From positions 1 to 36,607 of IMG/VR virus record IMGVR_UViG_3300017747_004372: a DNA stretch of 36,607 nt; one strand, given 5' to 3'. Source of the stretch: a virus (taxonomy: Duplodnaviria; Caudoviricetes). The notes below the pieces were generated by a model. The model was not told the DNA's origin, did not search any database, and saw only the letters and a program-made list of their open reading frames with translations. This document shows positions 15,458 through 24,729 of this stretch, piece after piece. Both the position numbers and the translations under genes were made by a program. The stretch's first letter is position 1. Each line of letters begins with the position of its first letter.

Positions 15458-16278
15458 GCGACTTTGAAGCCACCCCCGTTGACGAGACCACCGAAGCTGC
15501 GCCCCCCGTCGAGGGCGAGGCCCCACCGCCCGCACCGGAGCCCGAGGAGAAGGAGCCCAGTGATGAGGCCCTGACCAAGGCGTTCACGGCGCTCAACCGG
15601 AAGAAGAAGGCCCACCAGGAGAAGCTCGCCGCCCTCCAGAGCGAGAAGAGCGCGTTGCAGCAGGAGCGCGAGGCGTTCAAGGCAGAGCGCGCGATCCTGG
15701 AGCGGCTCCGCAGCGGCGACGAGGACGCGCTGCGCGAGGCCATGGGCGAGGATTACTTCGATCGCCTGGTGGAGAAGCGCCTGAACCCGGAGGCGACCGC
15801 GAAGGAGGCGAAGCTGAAGAGCGAACTCCAGCGCCGCGACCAGGAGCTTGAGGCCCTGAAGAAGCGCCTCGACGACTTCGACCAGAGCCAGCGCCAGGCC
15901 CAGATGCAACGCGAGGAGGCGGGCCTGCTGCAATACTTCCGGGAGCTGAACGCCCCGGAGCTGGACGTGCTCGACGATGAGGAGAAGCTCGACCTCGCGC
16001 GGCGCCTCGCCCCGCAACTCCGCGAAGAACTCGGCCGCCCGCCGACCTTCGGTGAGCTGGGCAAGCTCCTCGTCAACATGCAGAAGCCCAAGGTCGAGCG
16101 GCTGAAGAAGCGCCTTCTCCCGCCGCCTCCCGAGGCACCGCCGCCCGGGAAGAAGAGCCCGGCGGGGCTGACGAACCGCGACGCCTCGACGCCCGCGGGT
16201 GCCACGCCCGAGGAGGCCGAGGACATGGACGCCTTCCGGAAGCGCATGGAGCGCAAGCTCTTGGAGAGCTTGGGCTGA
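15454..16278 (+). CDS. Capsid scaffolding protein
   Basis: Acidic, Pro-rich N-terminus and coiled coils; lies between portal and capsid. Confidence 0.75.
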   Translation: MSDFEATPVDETTEAAPPVEGEAPPPAPEPEEKEPSDEALTKAFTALNRKKKAHQEKLAALQSEKSALQQEREAFKAERAILERLRSGDEDALREAMGEDYFDRLVEKRLNPEATAKEAKLKSELQRRDQELEALKKRLDDFDQSQRQAQMQREEAGLLQYFRELNAPELDVLDDEEKLDLARRLAPQLREELGRPPTFGELGKLLVNMQKPKVERLKKRLLPPPPEAPPPGKKSPAGLTNRDASTPAGATPEEAEDMDAFRKRMERKLLESLG

Positions 16279-16311
16279 TAGGCTTGCCCTATCAGACGGG
16301 TCTGTTAAGAT
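16275..16311 (+). promoter_or_regulatory. Putative capsid-operon promoter with a palindrome over the -35 box
   Basis: TTGCCC, 16 bp, extended -10 TGtTAAGAT; inverted repeat CTGATAGG-N5-CCTATCAG at 16275-16295. Confidence 0.55.
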
Positions 16312-16319
16312 AGACGCCA

Positions 16320-16440
16320 CTTGCCCCTCTCGGGGCCTCGCGTGCCGGCCACGCGGACGTACCCAGTCGTCAAAACCGGAGCGCCACGAGCGCGAGCCCA
16401 CCCCGAGAACCAACGCCGCCAGAGAGCGGCGGGGAGCAAG
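16320..16440 (+). ncRNA. Candidate structured 5' leader of the major capsid gene
   Basis: Nested complementary segments, including TCTCGGGG/CCCCGAGA and CTTGC-CCC/GGG-A-GCAAG, which covers the SD. Confidence 0.45.
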
Positions 16441-16442
16441 CC

Positions 16443-17819
16443 GTGCCCGCACCTTCAACGACGTCGAACGTCGCAGAGATCCTCAAGGACGTTTACGAGC
16501 AGCTTCGCAACGAGCAGCTCTACACCCGCAAGCCCTTCTGGGACATGCTCCGGAAGAAGAAGAACTTCAACGGGCTCACCCACGAAGTTCCCCTGCGCTA
16601 CTCGCCGGAGCCCGGCGGGTCCGCCACCTTCTCCAGCGCGCTCGCCAACCGGGGCCCCTCGGGCTTCCGCCGGTTCGCCGTCACCCGCAAGAAGGACTAC
16701 GCGACCGCCTCCATCGAGACGGAGCTGGTCCGCGCCGCGAAGGACAATTCCGGCGCCGTCGTGAGCGCCGTCGAAGCCGTGATCCGCGGCATGAAGAACA
16801 CCGCCGAGCGGTCGATCTGCAAAGGCATCTTCGGCAACGGCGGCGGCGCCCGCGCCCAGGTCACCAGCGGCATGGCCTCCAGCACCATCACGCTGCTCAA
16901 CCCCAAGGACATCGTGTGGTTCGAGGCCGGCATGGTCTTGGACGGGTCCGCGGCCGATGGCACCTCCGGCGCGGCCACCGCCGGCGGCGCAGCGGCGAAG
17001 ATCGTCAGCATCAACCGCGACACCGGCACCCTCACCAACGACGCCTCCGCCAACTGGGATGCTGCGACGGGCATCAACTCCCTCGCGGCCAACTGGTACC
17101 TGTTCCGGCAGGGAGACTTCGGCGCCACCATGACCGGGCTCGACGCCTGGATCCCCGCGACCGTGAGCGCCACGGCCTTCTTTGGCGTGGTCCGGACCCT
17201 CGACACCGAGCGCCTCGCGGGCTGCCGCATCACCCCCACCACCACGGGCTACACCTACTCGACCGTCGAGGGCGCCATCACCGCGATCCTCGAAAGGGTC
17301 TACATGGCCGGCGGCGCCCCGGACACGATCCTGCTTCACCCGCAGAGGTACAAGCGCCTCTGCGACGAGCTGGGGGCGAAGCGCCAGTACGTCGACATCA
17401 AGACCGACGCGGGTGTGTCCTTCAAGGGCATCCTCGTAGAAGGCCAGGGCGGGCAGGCGCGTGTGGTCTCCGACCCCTGCTGCCAGCTCGACACGGGCTG
17501 GGCGCTCAGCATGGACACGTGGACGTTCAACACCCTCGGCGACCCGTTCAGCATCGTGGACGACGACGGCAAGGGCATCTGGCTGCGCGAGGGCGACAAC
17601 GACGCCATGCAGGCCCGCCTGGCGACGTTCGGGAATCTCTATTGCGACGCCCCCGCGTACAACGGGCGCTTCAGCCTCACGGGGATCAGCTTATGGCCTC
17701 GGGCAAGGCGCAGTCTCCGGTGCGTCACGCGACGCCCGATGCGGAGCTGTTCGAGGGGTCGTTCGCTCCCGACACGGCCAACGCCCCGACGACCCTCCGG
17801 GGCTCCGGCTTCACCGTGA
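16443..17819 (+). CDS. Major capsid protein (416-aa core plus a 42-aa overlap tail beginning at a TTA codon)
   Basis: GGGGAG SD and GTG start; size, position and HK97-like motifs (MTGLDAWIP, PDTILLHP, VVSDPCC, GNLYCDAP). Confidence 0.88.
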   Translation: MPAPSTTSNVAEILKDVYEQLRNEQLYTRKPFWDMLRKKKNFNGLTHEVPLRYSPEPGGSATFSSALANRGPSGFRRFAVTRKKDYATASIETELVRAAKDNSGAVVSAVEAVIRGMKNTAERSICKGIFGNGGGARAQVTSGMASSTITLLNPKDIVWFEAGMVLDGSAADGTSGAATAGGAAAKIVSINRDTGTLTNDASANWDAATGINSLAANWYLFRQGDFGATMTGLDAWIPATVSATAFFGVVRTLDTERLAGCRITPTTTGYTYSTVEGAITAILERVYMAGGAPDTILLHPQRYKRLCDELGAKRQYVDIKTDAGVSFKGILVEGQGGQARVVSDPCCQLDTGWALSMDTWTFNTLGDPFSIVDDDGKGIWLREGDNDAMQARLATFGNLYCDAPAYNGRFSLTGISLWPRARRSLRCVTRRPMRSCSRGRSLPTRPTPRRPSGAPASP

Positions 17820-18070
17820 CCTACGTGTCCGCGGGCCGGTGGACGGTCACGATCCAGGGCATCGGAGGCGCCACCGTCGTCAAGGCCATCGCGGGCGTCC
17901 AGCTCAACGCGGCGGCGGCGAGCCCCATCGATGTGTCGATCATCGGGGCCACCGCGAGCAGCTCCGGGAACCTCACCTTCGACATCCTCTACCGGGTGAA
18001 CGCGGTGGCGACCAACATCGCCGCCAACGCCAACAACCGGGTCCACTTCTCCGTCACGGTGAGGCCGTGA
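17693..18070 (+). CDS. Beta-rich virion protein (possible capsid decoration)
   Basis: GGGGA SD and ATG at 17693; MASGKAQSPV...GFTVTYVSAGRWTVTI...RVHFSVTV; GC3-rich. Confidence 0.7.
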   Translation: MASGKAQSPVRHATPDAELFEGSFAPDTANAPTTLRGSGFTVTYVSAGRWTVTIQGIGGATVVKAIAGVQLNAAAASPIDVSIIGATASSSGNLTFDILYRVNAVATNIAANANNRVHFSVTVRP

Positions 18071-18273
18071 AAGGCGGCCTCTTGGCCATCCTCGGGGGCA
18101 AGCCCTCGGGCGAGGAGATGAACGAGGGCGACCCCTTCGAGACGGGCTTCTCTGCCTTCCGCAGCGCGCTCAAGAGCGGCGACGCGATGAAGGCGAAGAA
18201 GGCGTTTCGCCTCATGAAAGAGGCGTGTGGCGACGACGACGAAGAGGGCGACGACTACAGCGACGAGGAGTGA
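18067..18273 (+). CDS. Small acidic hypothetical protein of the head module
   Basis: GTGA overlap; VKGGLLAILGGKP...ALKSGD...DDDEEGDDYSDEE. Confidence 0.7.
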   Translation: MKGGLLAILGGKPSGEEMNEGDPFETGFSAFRSALKSGDAMKAKKAFRLMKEACGDDDEEGDDYSDEE

Positions 18274-18279
18274 CCTGCC

Positions 18280-19041
18280 ATGCCGATCCCGATCTCTCAA
18301 GCGTCCCTCCGCACGAGGATCCGGACGGCTGTGCGGCAGCCCAACGCCTCGGGCTTCATCTCCGACACGGAGATCAACGCCTACATCAACGAGGGCGCGT
18401 ACCGGCTCTATAACCTGCTCGTCGCAGCCCGCGGCGAGCACTACTACGCCACCGAGTGGGGGTTCAACACGACGGTGGGCGTCAAGCGCTACCCGTTCCC
18501 CGAAAACTTTTATCGCCTCGTGTCGCTGATGGTGTCGGAGACCCCCGGGGGCTCGCCCTCGGGCACGGTCCAGCCCACCGGCGCCACCTGGTACGAGCTG
18601 CGACGCATGAACCCCGGCGACTGGGCGCTGCAAGAGAGCCTCGCCGGGGACAGCATCCACGAGGTCCGCTACGCCCTCACCGGGCGGCAGCACGAGACCA
18701 CCACCTCCCAGCTCGCGGAGATCGGACTCTATCCGGCGCCCCGCGCGGTGTGGAACGTCCGGACCATCTACCTCCCCACCCTCGACCTCTCCAACGAGAC
18801 CAGCAGCGGTGCCCCGCTGTACGACGGCATCAACGGCTTCGACGAATACATCGTCGCCCACGCCGCGGAGCAGATCGCCGCCATGCAGGAAGACTCCACC
18901 GTGGCCGTCTGGAGGGCGAAGAAGGCCGACATCGAGGAGCAGATCCGGGGCCTCGCCAGCGACCGCGACGGGCACCAGCCCATGCAGGTCCGTGACGTCC
19001 GGTGGGGCCGGGCTCGGCGCGAGAGGTACCCCCGCCCATGA
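18280..19041 (+). CDS. Head-tail adaptor (tail tubular A / P22 gp4-like)
   Basis: LRTRIR...FISDTEINAYINEG...RYPFPENFYRL...LYPAP...FDEYIVAHAA. Confidence 0.75.
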   Translation: MPIPISQASLRTRIRTAVRQPNASGFISDTEINAYINEGAYRLYNLLVAARGEHYYATEWGFNTTVGVKRYPFPENFYRLVSLMVSETPGGSPSGTVQPTGATWYELRRMNPGDWALQESLAGDSIHEVRYALTGRQHETTTSQLAEIGLYPAPRAVWNVRTIYLPTLDLSNETSSGAPLYDGINGFDEYIVAHAAEQIAAMQEDSTVAVWRAKKADIEEQIRGLASDRDGHQPMQVRDVRWGRARRERYPRP

Positions 19042-19352
19042 TCGACCTCCCCACCCTCGACGGCGCCCGCAGCGCAGCCGATGTGACGCGGCTGCTGGGG
19101 CAGTGGCGCGACCGGCTCACCCAGGCGCTCCGGTCGCCCCCCGTGGACCCCCGCGGCGTGCTGCTGAAGGGCATCGACCTGTCCACCACCCCCGTCTCTA
19201 TCGCTCACGGCCTCCCCTCGCTCGGGGGCTGGCTCGTGGTGCGCGCCCGGGGGGCCGCCGCGGCCTCCGTCGTGGAGACCGCGGTGTCAGCGCGCACGCT
19301 GACGCTGGTGGCCTCCGGCGCCGTCACCGTTGACCTGTGGGTGTGGCCGTGA
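19038..19352 (+). CDS. Small virion protein
   Basis: ATGA overlap; ...VSIAHGLPSLGGWLVV...TLTLVASGAVTVDLWVW. Confidence 0.65.
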   Translation: MIDLPTLDGARSAADVTRLLGQWRDRLTQALRSPPVDPRGVLLKGIDLSTTPVSIAHGLPSLGGWLVVRARGAAAASVVETAVSARTLTLVASGAVTVDLWVWP

Positions 19353-22300
19353 GCCTGGCGAAGACCGTCCTGGAGGTCCAGCCCATCGGGGGGCTCGACC
19401 AGTCCCGCGGCGAGTGGGCCACGGTCCCGGGCCCCGGGGGGCTCGCGAGCCAGTTCCACACGTTGGACAACCTCCGGTACACGAAAACCGGTCAGATCGA
19501 GAAGCGCGCCGGGCTCGTGGCGATGTCGTCCGCGGTGCTCGACGGCTACGCCTTCGGGACCAGCACAGACCTCGTGGCCGTCGGCGGCCAGGAGCTGGTC
19601 GCCGTCGGTACCCGCGCGCAGGAGACCTCGACGCAGCCGGGCGAGCCCGGTGCCTACCTCTGGAGCTACAGCCCCTCGGCGGTGAAGTGGGCGCCGAAGA
19701 CCGGCGTCCCGCAGCTCAGCGTGGAGCGCTACCCGGGCGTCCGCGGCGAGACGGACCTCGACAGCGCCGTTACCCAGGTGGCGCGCGTCGGGACCGTCGA
19801 GATGGTCTTGTACACCGTCGGGAGCGACGCCTATGCGCGCATTGTCGACCGCGCGACAGGGACGGTGCTGCTCGACAACACCCAGTTGGTCACCGCGGCG
19901 CTCGCCGGGAAGTACGTCCTCTTTACCTGCGGCGACGGGCTCTTCACCGTCGTCTGGATCACCGGCGCCAACCAGCTCCGCCGCGCCACCCTCAACCCCA
20001 CCACGCTGGCCACGTCCACCGCCAGCGTGGGCGGTGCCTACTCCTTCACCCCCGCGAGCTGGGACGCGATCCCCACCATCTCGGGCAAGTGGGCCATCGC
20101 AGCGCAGGGCGCGGTTCCCGGTGGCGACGTGGCCCTCCGGCGCATCGACAACGCGACCGCAGCCGTGGACGCCACCGCAGCCGAGCTAGGCCGGAGTGGT
20201 ACGCGGCTCTCGCTCGGGTTCCGCATCGGGTACAACTTCCTCCTTCTCGCCTGGGACGATCGTCTCGACATCCGGGCGAAGCACTACGTCGAGAGCACCC
20301 TTGTCACCGCGCTGGTGGACTGGGTGGTTGAGCCCCTCACGAGCTTCTTCGCGGTGCGGAACCTCGCCGCGCAGTTTGACGACCAGAACCGCAGTTTCGT
20401 CCTCATCGGCGCCGAGGATTCCAGCGGGTACGCCTCGCTCGCCCTGCGCGCGTTCGACACGCTAGGCGCCGGTCTCATGAGCCTCCGGCGCATCTACTGG
20501 ACGGGCCTCCAGACGAAGCCATTCCGGCTGGGCGGCGCCCTGTACGCGGTGGTCTGTCGGTACCGGACCGGCGCCGTCAGCGCCCAGGAGAACTACGGCT
20601 ATGCGCTCATCAACTTGTCGAGGCGCTTCGACGCCATCGGCGGGGACTACCCGGTGGCCCTCGAAGGCAACCTCGCCCCCATCGACGGCGTGGGCCTCGA
20701 TGTGGCGACGACGGACGAGCACCTTGCCTGGGTCCAGGTGACGAGCGACGGAGACGCCTACCTCCCCATCGTCGTCAACGCCTCGAACGACGACGCGCCC
20801 GCGGGTACCCCCGACGCTGCCGCCTGGGTGGACGTGGTGCGGCTCCGGTCGGGGCGCGCGGTGGACGGGCTGTGGTCGTGGGCGCACGGGGCCCGGCTCC
20901 TCCACCTGACGAGCGCGCTCCCCGTCCAGTACGACGGCCAGGCCGCGGTCGAGGTCGCGTTCCTGGAGCCCCCGCAGCTCGTGGGGTCCGTGAGCCTGAC
21001 GTATGGAGCTTCCGGCCCTGCCGCGGGCTCGCCGGACAACGTCTACAGCTACCTGATGGTCTGGGAGTGGATCGACGCGCAAGGGCAGATCCACCGGAGC
21101 CGGCTCAGCGCCCCCTTCACCGCGACCATCAGCAGCGGGAGCGGCACCAACGCCATCGTGGACTTCGACGTCAAAACGACGTGCATCACGCGCCGGGGCA
21201 GCAAGGCAGACGGCGACCTGACGCGCCCTCGCCTTGCGGTCTTCCGCACGCTCGCCAACGGGACGGTCTACTACCGCCTCGGCGGGAACGGCGAGGTCAA
21301 CGACCCCGGCGCCGCGACCATCGCGTTCCAGGATGACGAGACGGACGCGACGATTGCCCCGCCTGAGCCGATGCTCCCCCGACCCGGGCTCTACACCGCA
21401 GGCGGCATCCTGGAAAACGAAACGCCTCCGCCGGCCAGGCATGTCCAGGTAGCCGCGCGTCGCGTCTGGCTCACCAGCGCGGAGGGCGCCGAGGTGTGGC
21501 CGTCGCGCGAGATCGTCGCGGCCGAGGCCCCGGCGTTCTCGTCGCTGCTCCGGATCTCGCTGGACGAGGTAGACGAGCGCCTGGTGGGAACCGCATGGCT
21601 CGACGGTGCCCTGGTGATCTTCTCCGAGCGGCGTATCTTCACCCTCGACGCGGGCGCCGGCCCCGGCGACACGGGCCTACCCCCCTGGCCCTCGCCGCAG
21701 GCGCTCCAGAGCAGCGCCGGGTGTACGAGCGGGAGGAGCATCGCCGTTTTCCGCGATGGCGTGATCTACCGCGACCCCGACGGCTTCAAGATCCTGACCC
21801 GCGGGCGCAGCATCATCGACATCGGCGGCGCCGTGCGCGACATCACCGACGCCAACCCGGTGACCCTCGACGTCCAGGTGGACGCGGCGCAGGAGCGGGT
21901 GGTCTTCGTCGTCGCCACCTCAGAGACCGGCACCCCTCAGATCCTGGTGTACGACTACCGGCACACGGGCCCCGATGGCGCCGGCTCGTGGTCCACCTGG
22001 AGCACCGAGGAAGACCCGGCGACGGTACGCGCTGCCATCTGGCAGGGCTCCCTCGTCACGGCCACCAACGGCCCCTGCCTGGAGGGCGACGGCGCTACCC
22101 CGGGCTACGATGGCATCGGCGGCGGCGCGCAGTGGATCACCGGCACCCTCGCCACGCCATGGCTCCGGGTGGGTGCGCTCGGGGGATTCCAGCGGGTGTG
22201 GCGCGCGGTCCTGGAGCTACGCCAGATGAGCGCCCACGGACTCTCGCTGGAGGTCTACGTCGATGGCGACGACACCACCCCGGTCCAGACGGAGACCTGG

Positions 22301-22519
22301 AGCGCGGGCGACGTCGCGGCGCTCCAGGGGCTACCGCGCGAGCGCCTTGTGGTCGGGATGGCGACGCAAAAGTGCCAGTCGATCCGGCTCAAGCTCAGCG
22401 ACACGGCGCCGGCGGTGTCGGTGCCCGAGAACCCCACGGGCTTTCGCTACAGCGGGCTGTCTCTGGAGGTCGGGCAAAAGCAGGGCGTCGACAAGGCGCA
22501 GAAGGCGAACACGAGGTAA
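19349..22519 (+). CDS. Tail nozzle / stabilisation protein (tail tubular B / P22 gp10-like)
   Basis: About 1056 aa, beta-rich; GGLDQ...DNLRY...GQIEKRAG start, LVIFSERRIF, GCTSGRSI, LATPWL...FQRVWR. Confidence 0.75.
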   Translation: MSLAKTVLEVQPIGGLDQSRGEWATVPGPGGLASQFHTLDNLRYTKTGQIEKRAGLVAMSSAVLDGYAFGTSTDLVAVGGQELVAVGTRAQETSTQPGEPGAYLWSYSPSAVKWAPKTGVPQLSVERYPGVRGETDLDSAVTQVARVGTVEMVLYTVGSDAYARIVDRATGTVLLDNTQLVTAALAGKYVLFTCGDGLFTVVWITGANQLRRATLNPTTLATSTASVGGAYSFTPASWDAIPTISGKWAIAAQGAVPGGDVALRRIDNATAAVDATAAELGRSGTRLSLGFRIGYNFLLLAWDDRLDIRAKHYVESTLVTALVDWVVEPLTSFFAVRNLAAQFDDQNRSFVLIGAEDSSGYASLALRAFDTLGAGLMSLRRIYWTGLQTKPFRLGGALYAVVCRYRTGAVSAQENYGYALINLSRRFDAIGGDYPVALEGNLAPIDGVGLDVATTDEHLAWVQVTSDGDAYLPIVVNASNDDAPAGTPDAAAWVDVVRLRSGRAVDGLWSWAHGARLLHLTSALPVQYDGQAAVEVAFLEPPQLVGSVSLTYGASGPAAGSPDNVYSYLMVWEWIDAQGQIHRSRLSAPFTATISSGSGTNAIVDFDVKTTCITRRGSKADGDLTRPRLAVFRTLANGTVYYRLGGNGEVNDPGAATIAFQDDETDATIAPPEPMLPRPGLYTAGGILENETPPPARHVQVAARRVWLTSAEGAEVWPSREIVAAEAPAFSSLLRISLDEVDERLVGTAWLDGALVIFSERRIFTLDAGAGPGDTGLPPWPSPQALQSSAGCTSGRSIAVFRDGVIYRDPDGFKILTRGRSIIDIGGAVRDITDANPVTLDVQVDAAQERVVFVVATSETGTPQILVYDYRHTGPDGAGSWSTWSTEEDPATVRAAIWQGSLVTATNGPCLEGDGATPGYDGIGGGAQWITGTLATPWLRVGALGGFQRVWRAVLELRQMSAHGLSLEVYVDGDDTTPVQTETWSAGDVAALQGLPRERLVVGMATQKCQSIRLKLSDTAPAVSVPENPTGFRYSGLSLEVGQKQGVDKAQKANTR

Positions 22520-22523
22520 CCGC

Positions 22524-23357
22524 ATGGCCATCTGGGACACGGTGAAAAAGGTTGGTGGCGCGGCGCTGGGGATCCCTATCGCCAAGTCCTTTTACGACAT
22601 CCACACGGGCAACGCGGGCACCTACACCCCGGCCACCGCGGATCAGGTCTACTGGGGCGGCGACAAGGGCGCGCAGGGTGCTCGCGTGGACGAGTACGGC
22701 CGGCGCCTTGACGAGGGTTACGGCGCAAGCCAGCGCTTCGAGCAAGCGGGCCTCGAAGGCCGCGGGCTGGAGCGCCAGACCTTCAACGCTTACGAGCAGA
22801 TGAGCCGCGGCGAGGGCCCCAGCGTGGCGCGACAGATGGCCATGCAAGGCGCCAACACGGCGCAGATGCAGGCGAACCAGATGGCCGCCAGCGCCCGCGG
22901 GGGTGGTGGGAACCAGCTCCTGGCGCAGCGCATGGCCCAGCAGACGGGCGCCCAGGCCCAGCAGCAGGCCAGCGCCACCGCGGCGCAGCTCGGGCAGCAG
23001 GAGCAGCTCGCTGCCATGAGCGCCATGGGTGACATGGCCTCGCGGCTCCGGGCGGGCGACGCGAGGGCGCAGGAGATGGCCGCCGGTCGTGGGCGTGACT
23101 TCCTCGGGGCTCGGCAAGGCGTCGAGGGCGCATCGTTCCAGGGCGAGCAGCAACGCTCGCTCGCCAACATGGAGGCCGCGAACATGGCCAGCCAGGAAGA
23201 CCTCAAGAGCAAGCGCGAGGCGAGGGCGCAGCGGGCGTCGATGTTCGAGAAGGCCGCGGGAATGGGCGCCGCCGCCGCGAAGGGCGGGCCCAGTGCCTTA
23301 CAACAGCTACCGACGCGAGACGAACCCCGCCGGGGTGCCCGTCTACAACCTCTATGA
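22524..23357 (+). CDS. Putative internal virion/ejection (pilot) protein 1
   Basis: GAGG SD and ATG at 22524; Ala/Gln/Met-rich, GEGPSVARQ motif; follows the nozzle. An in-frame TTA lies at 23298. Confidence 0.65.
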   Translation: MAIWDTVKKVGGAALGIPIAKSFYDIHTGNAGTYTPATADQVYWGGDKGAQGARVDEYGRRLDEGYGASQRFEQAGLEGRGLERQTFNAYEQMSRGEGPSVARQMAMQGANTAQMQANQMAASARGGGGNQLLAQRMAQQTGAQAQQQASATAAQLGQQEQLAAMSAMGDMASRLRAGDARAQEMAAGRGRDFLGARQGVEGASFQGEQQRSLANMEAANMASQEDLKSKREARAQRASMFEKAAGMGAAAAKGGPSALQQLPTRDEPRRGARLQPL

Positions 23358-24729
23358 AGACGACGGCGATGCGCCCTCGCTCACCCTGCCCCAGGGTGGC
23401 GCCGCGGATCAGTTCGTCCTGACGATCCCCGAGCGCGAGGACATGCGGCTCGCGAAGGGCGGCGCGGGCGAACAGAACCAGAGCGGCGGCGACGGGATGA
23501 TGAGCCGCATGGACGCGCAGCCAGCCCCACAGCCGGCGCCCGCCCCCGCGTCGACCGCGGACACGAGGCCGCCGCCCGCGCCGCCCATCCCCACCGGAGC
23601 CCCTCCGGTGCCACAGGCGCCCCCGCTCACGGGTCGCAGCGGGCAGACCTTCGACCTCCTCGGAAGGCTCAACCGGCGCGACCTGACGGCCACGCAGAGC
23701 GCCAGCGAGAAGGACACGAACGTCACCCTCGAAGGCAAGGCCATCGACCCGGCGCTGGTGGAGGAAGAGCGCGCGCTGCGGCTGGGCGTGGCCCGTGGCG
23801 AGCTGCGGCAGATCGACGAACGCGAGCGCGGTGCGGCGCTGGCGAGCTACCTGGAGCCGAAGCGGGCTGCCGCAGCCGACGAGCTGACGGCGCAGACCGG
23901 AGCCCTCCGGGGGCAGGGCGACCAGCGCCGGCTGGAGGCCATGCAACAGATCCAGAAAGACATCGACGAGGAGAACAAGAAGGGCGGCTTCTGGGAGACG
24001 CGCAACGAAGACCAGGTGCTTCGGACCATCCTCGGCGCCGTCTCCGCGGTGTTCGCCTCCCCCCAGGTCGCCGCGTCGTACTTCGATGACGTCTACAAGG
24101 GCTGGCAGGACAAGAAGACGAAGAAGCTCGCCGCGCTCGAAAAGAAACGCGGCATGACGGGTGAATACTGGGACCTCTACCGCAAGCAGCTTGACGAGTT
24201 CGAGGGACGCGAGCTTGACCGCATCAACCGCAAGATTGCCGGTGTCGCGTCGCGGGGGTTGCCCCCGAAGGAGCAGCAGGAGTTCGCCGCGTGGTTCCAG
24301 AAGAACCAGCAGAACCCCGCCGCGGGGCTGGCACCGGCGAGCGTCGCAGCGGTGCGCCAGGAGACCGAGAAGAAGGTCCAGGCGATCACCGCGAAGAAGA
24401 CGCTGACCCCGAAGGACAAGGCCGACCTGAAGCGACTGGAGGGCGACATCGTTGCCCTCGGCGCTCTAGAGGGCAAAGTTGCCGCCCGCGACGTGACCCG
24501 CGAGCCCATCCCCGCCGGTGCCCTGGGCGCCATGCAGGCCCGCGCGGGTGCGTCGCAGGGCCCCGGGGGGTTGCGCACGGCGCCCTCCGCGGGCCCCGTC
24601 GCCGCCGCACCACCACCGGCGCCCCCGGTGCGCCCCTCGATGGACCCGGCCGTGCTCCGGCAGCTCCAGGAGGAAGAGCGCCGCACCCTCCAGACCCTCC
24701 GCTCCCGCGACACAAAGGACATCCGATGA
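23293..24729 (+). CDS. Putative internal virion/ejection protein 2
   Basis: GTG at 23293 (VPYNSYRR...), GC3-rich from there on; helical with Pro-rich linkers. Confidence 0.6.
   Translation: MPYNSYRRETNPAGVPVYNLYEDDGDAPSLTLPQGGAADQFVLTIPEREDMRLAKGGAGEQNQSGGDGMMSRMDAQPAPQPAPAPASTADTRPPPAPPIPTGAPPVPQAPPLTGRSGQTFDLLGRLNRRDLTATQSASEKDTNVTLEGKAIDPALVEEERALRLGVARGELRQIDERERGAALASYLEPKRAAAADELTAQTGALRGQGDQRRLEAMQQIQKDIDEENKKGGFWETRNEDQVLRTILGAVSAVFASPQVAASYFDDVYKGWQDKKTKKLAALEKKRGMTGEYWDLYRKQLDEFEGRELDRINRKIAGVASRGLPPKEQQEFAAWFQKNQQNPAAGLAPASVAAVRQETEKKVQAITAKKTLTPKDKADLKRLEGDIVALGALEGKVAARDVTREPIPAGALGAMQARAGASQGPGGLRTAPSAGPVAAAPPPAPPVRPSMDPAVLRQLQEEERRTLQTLRSRDTKDIR

Noticed and set aside
17681-17700. 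Canonical programmed -1 frameshift fusing the capsid to the next protein
   Set aside because: There is no X XXY YYZ slippery heptamer at the junction (GGG ATC AGC TTA), and the downstream gene has its own SD and ATG. It is kept only as a minor alternative.
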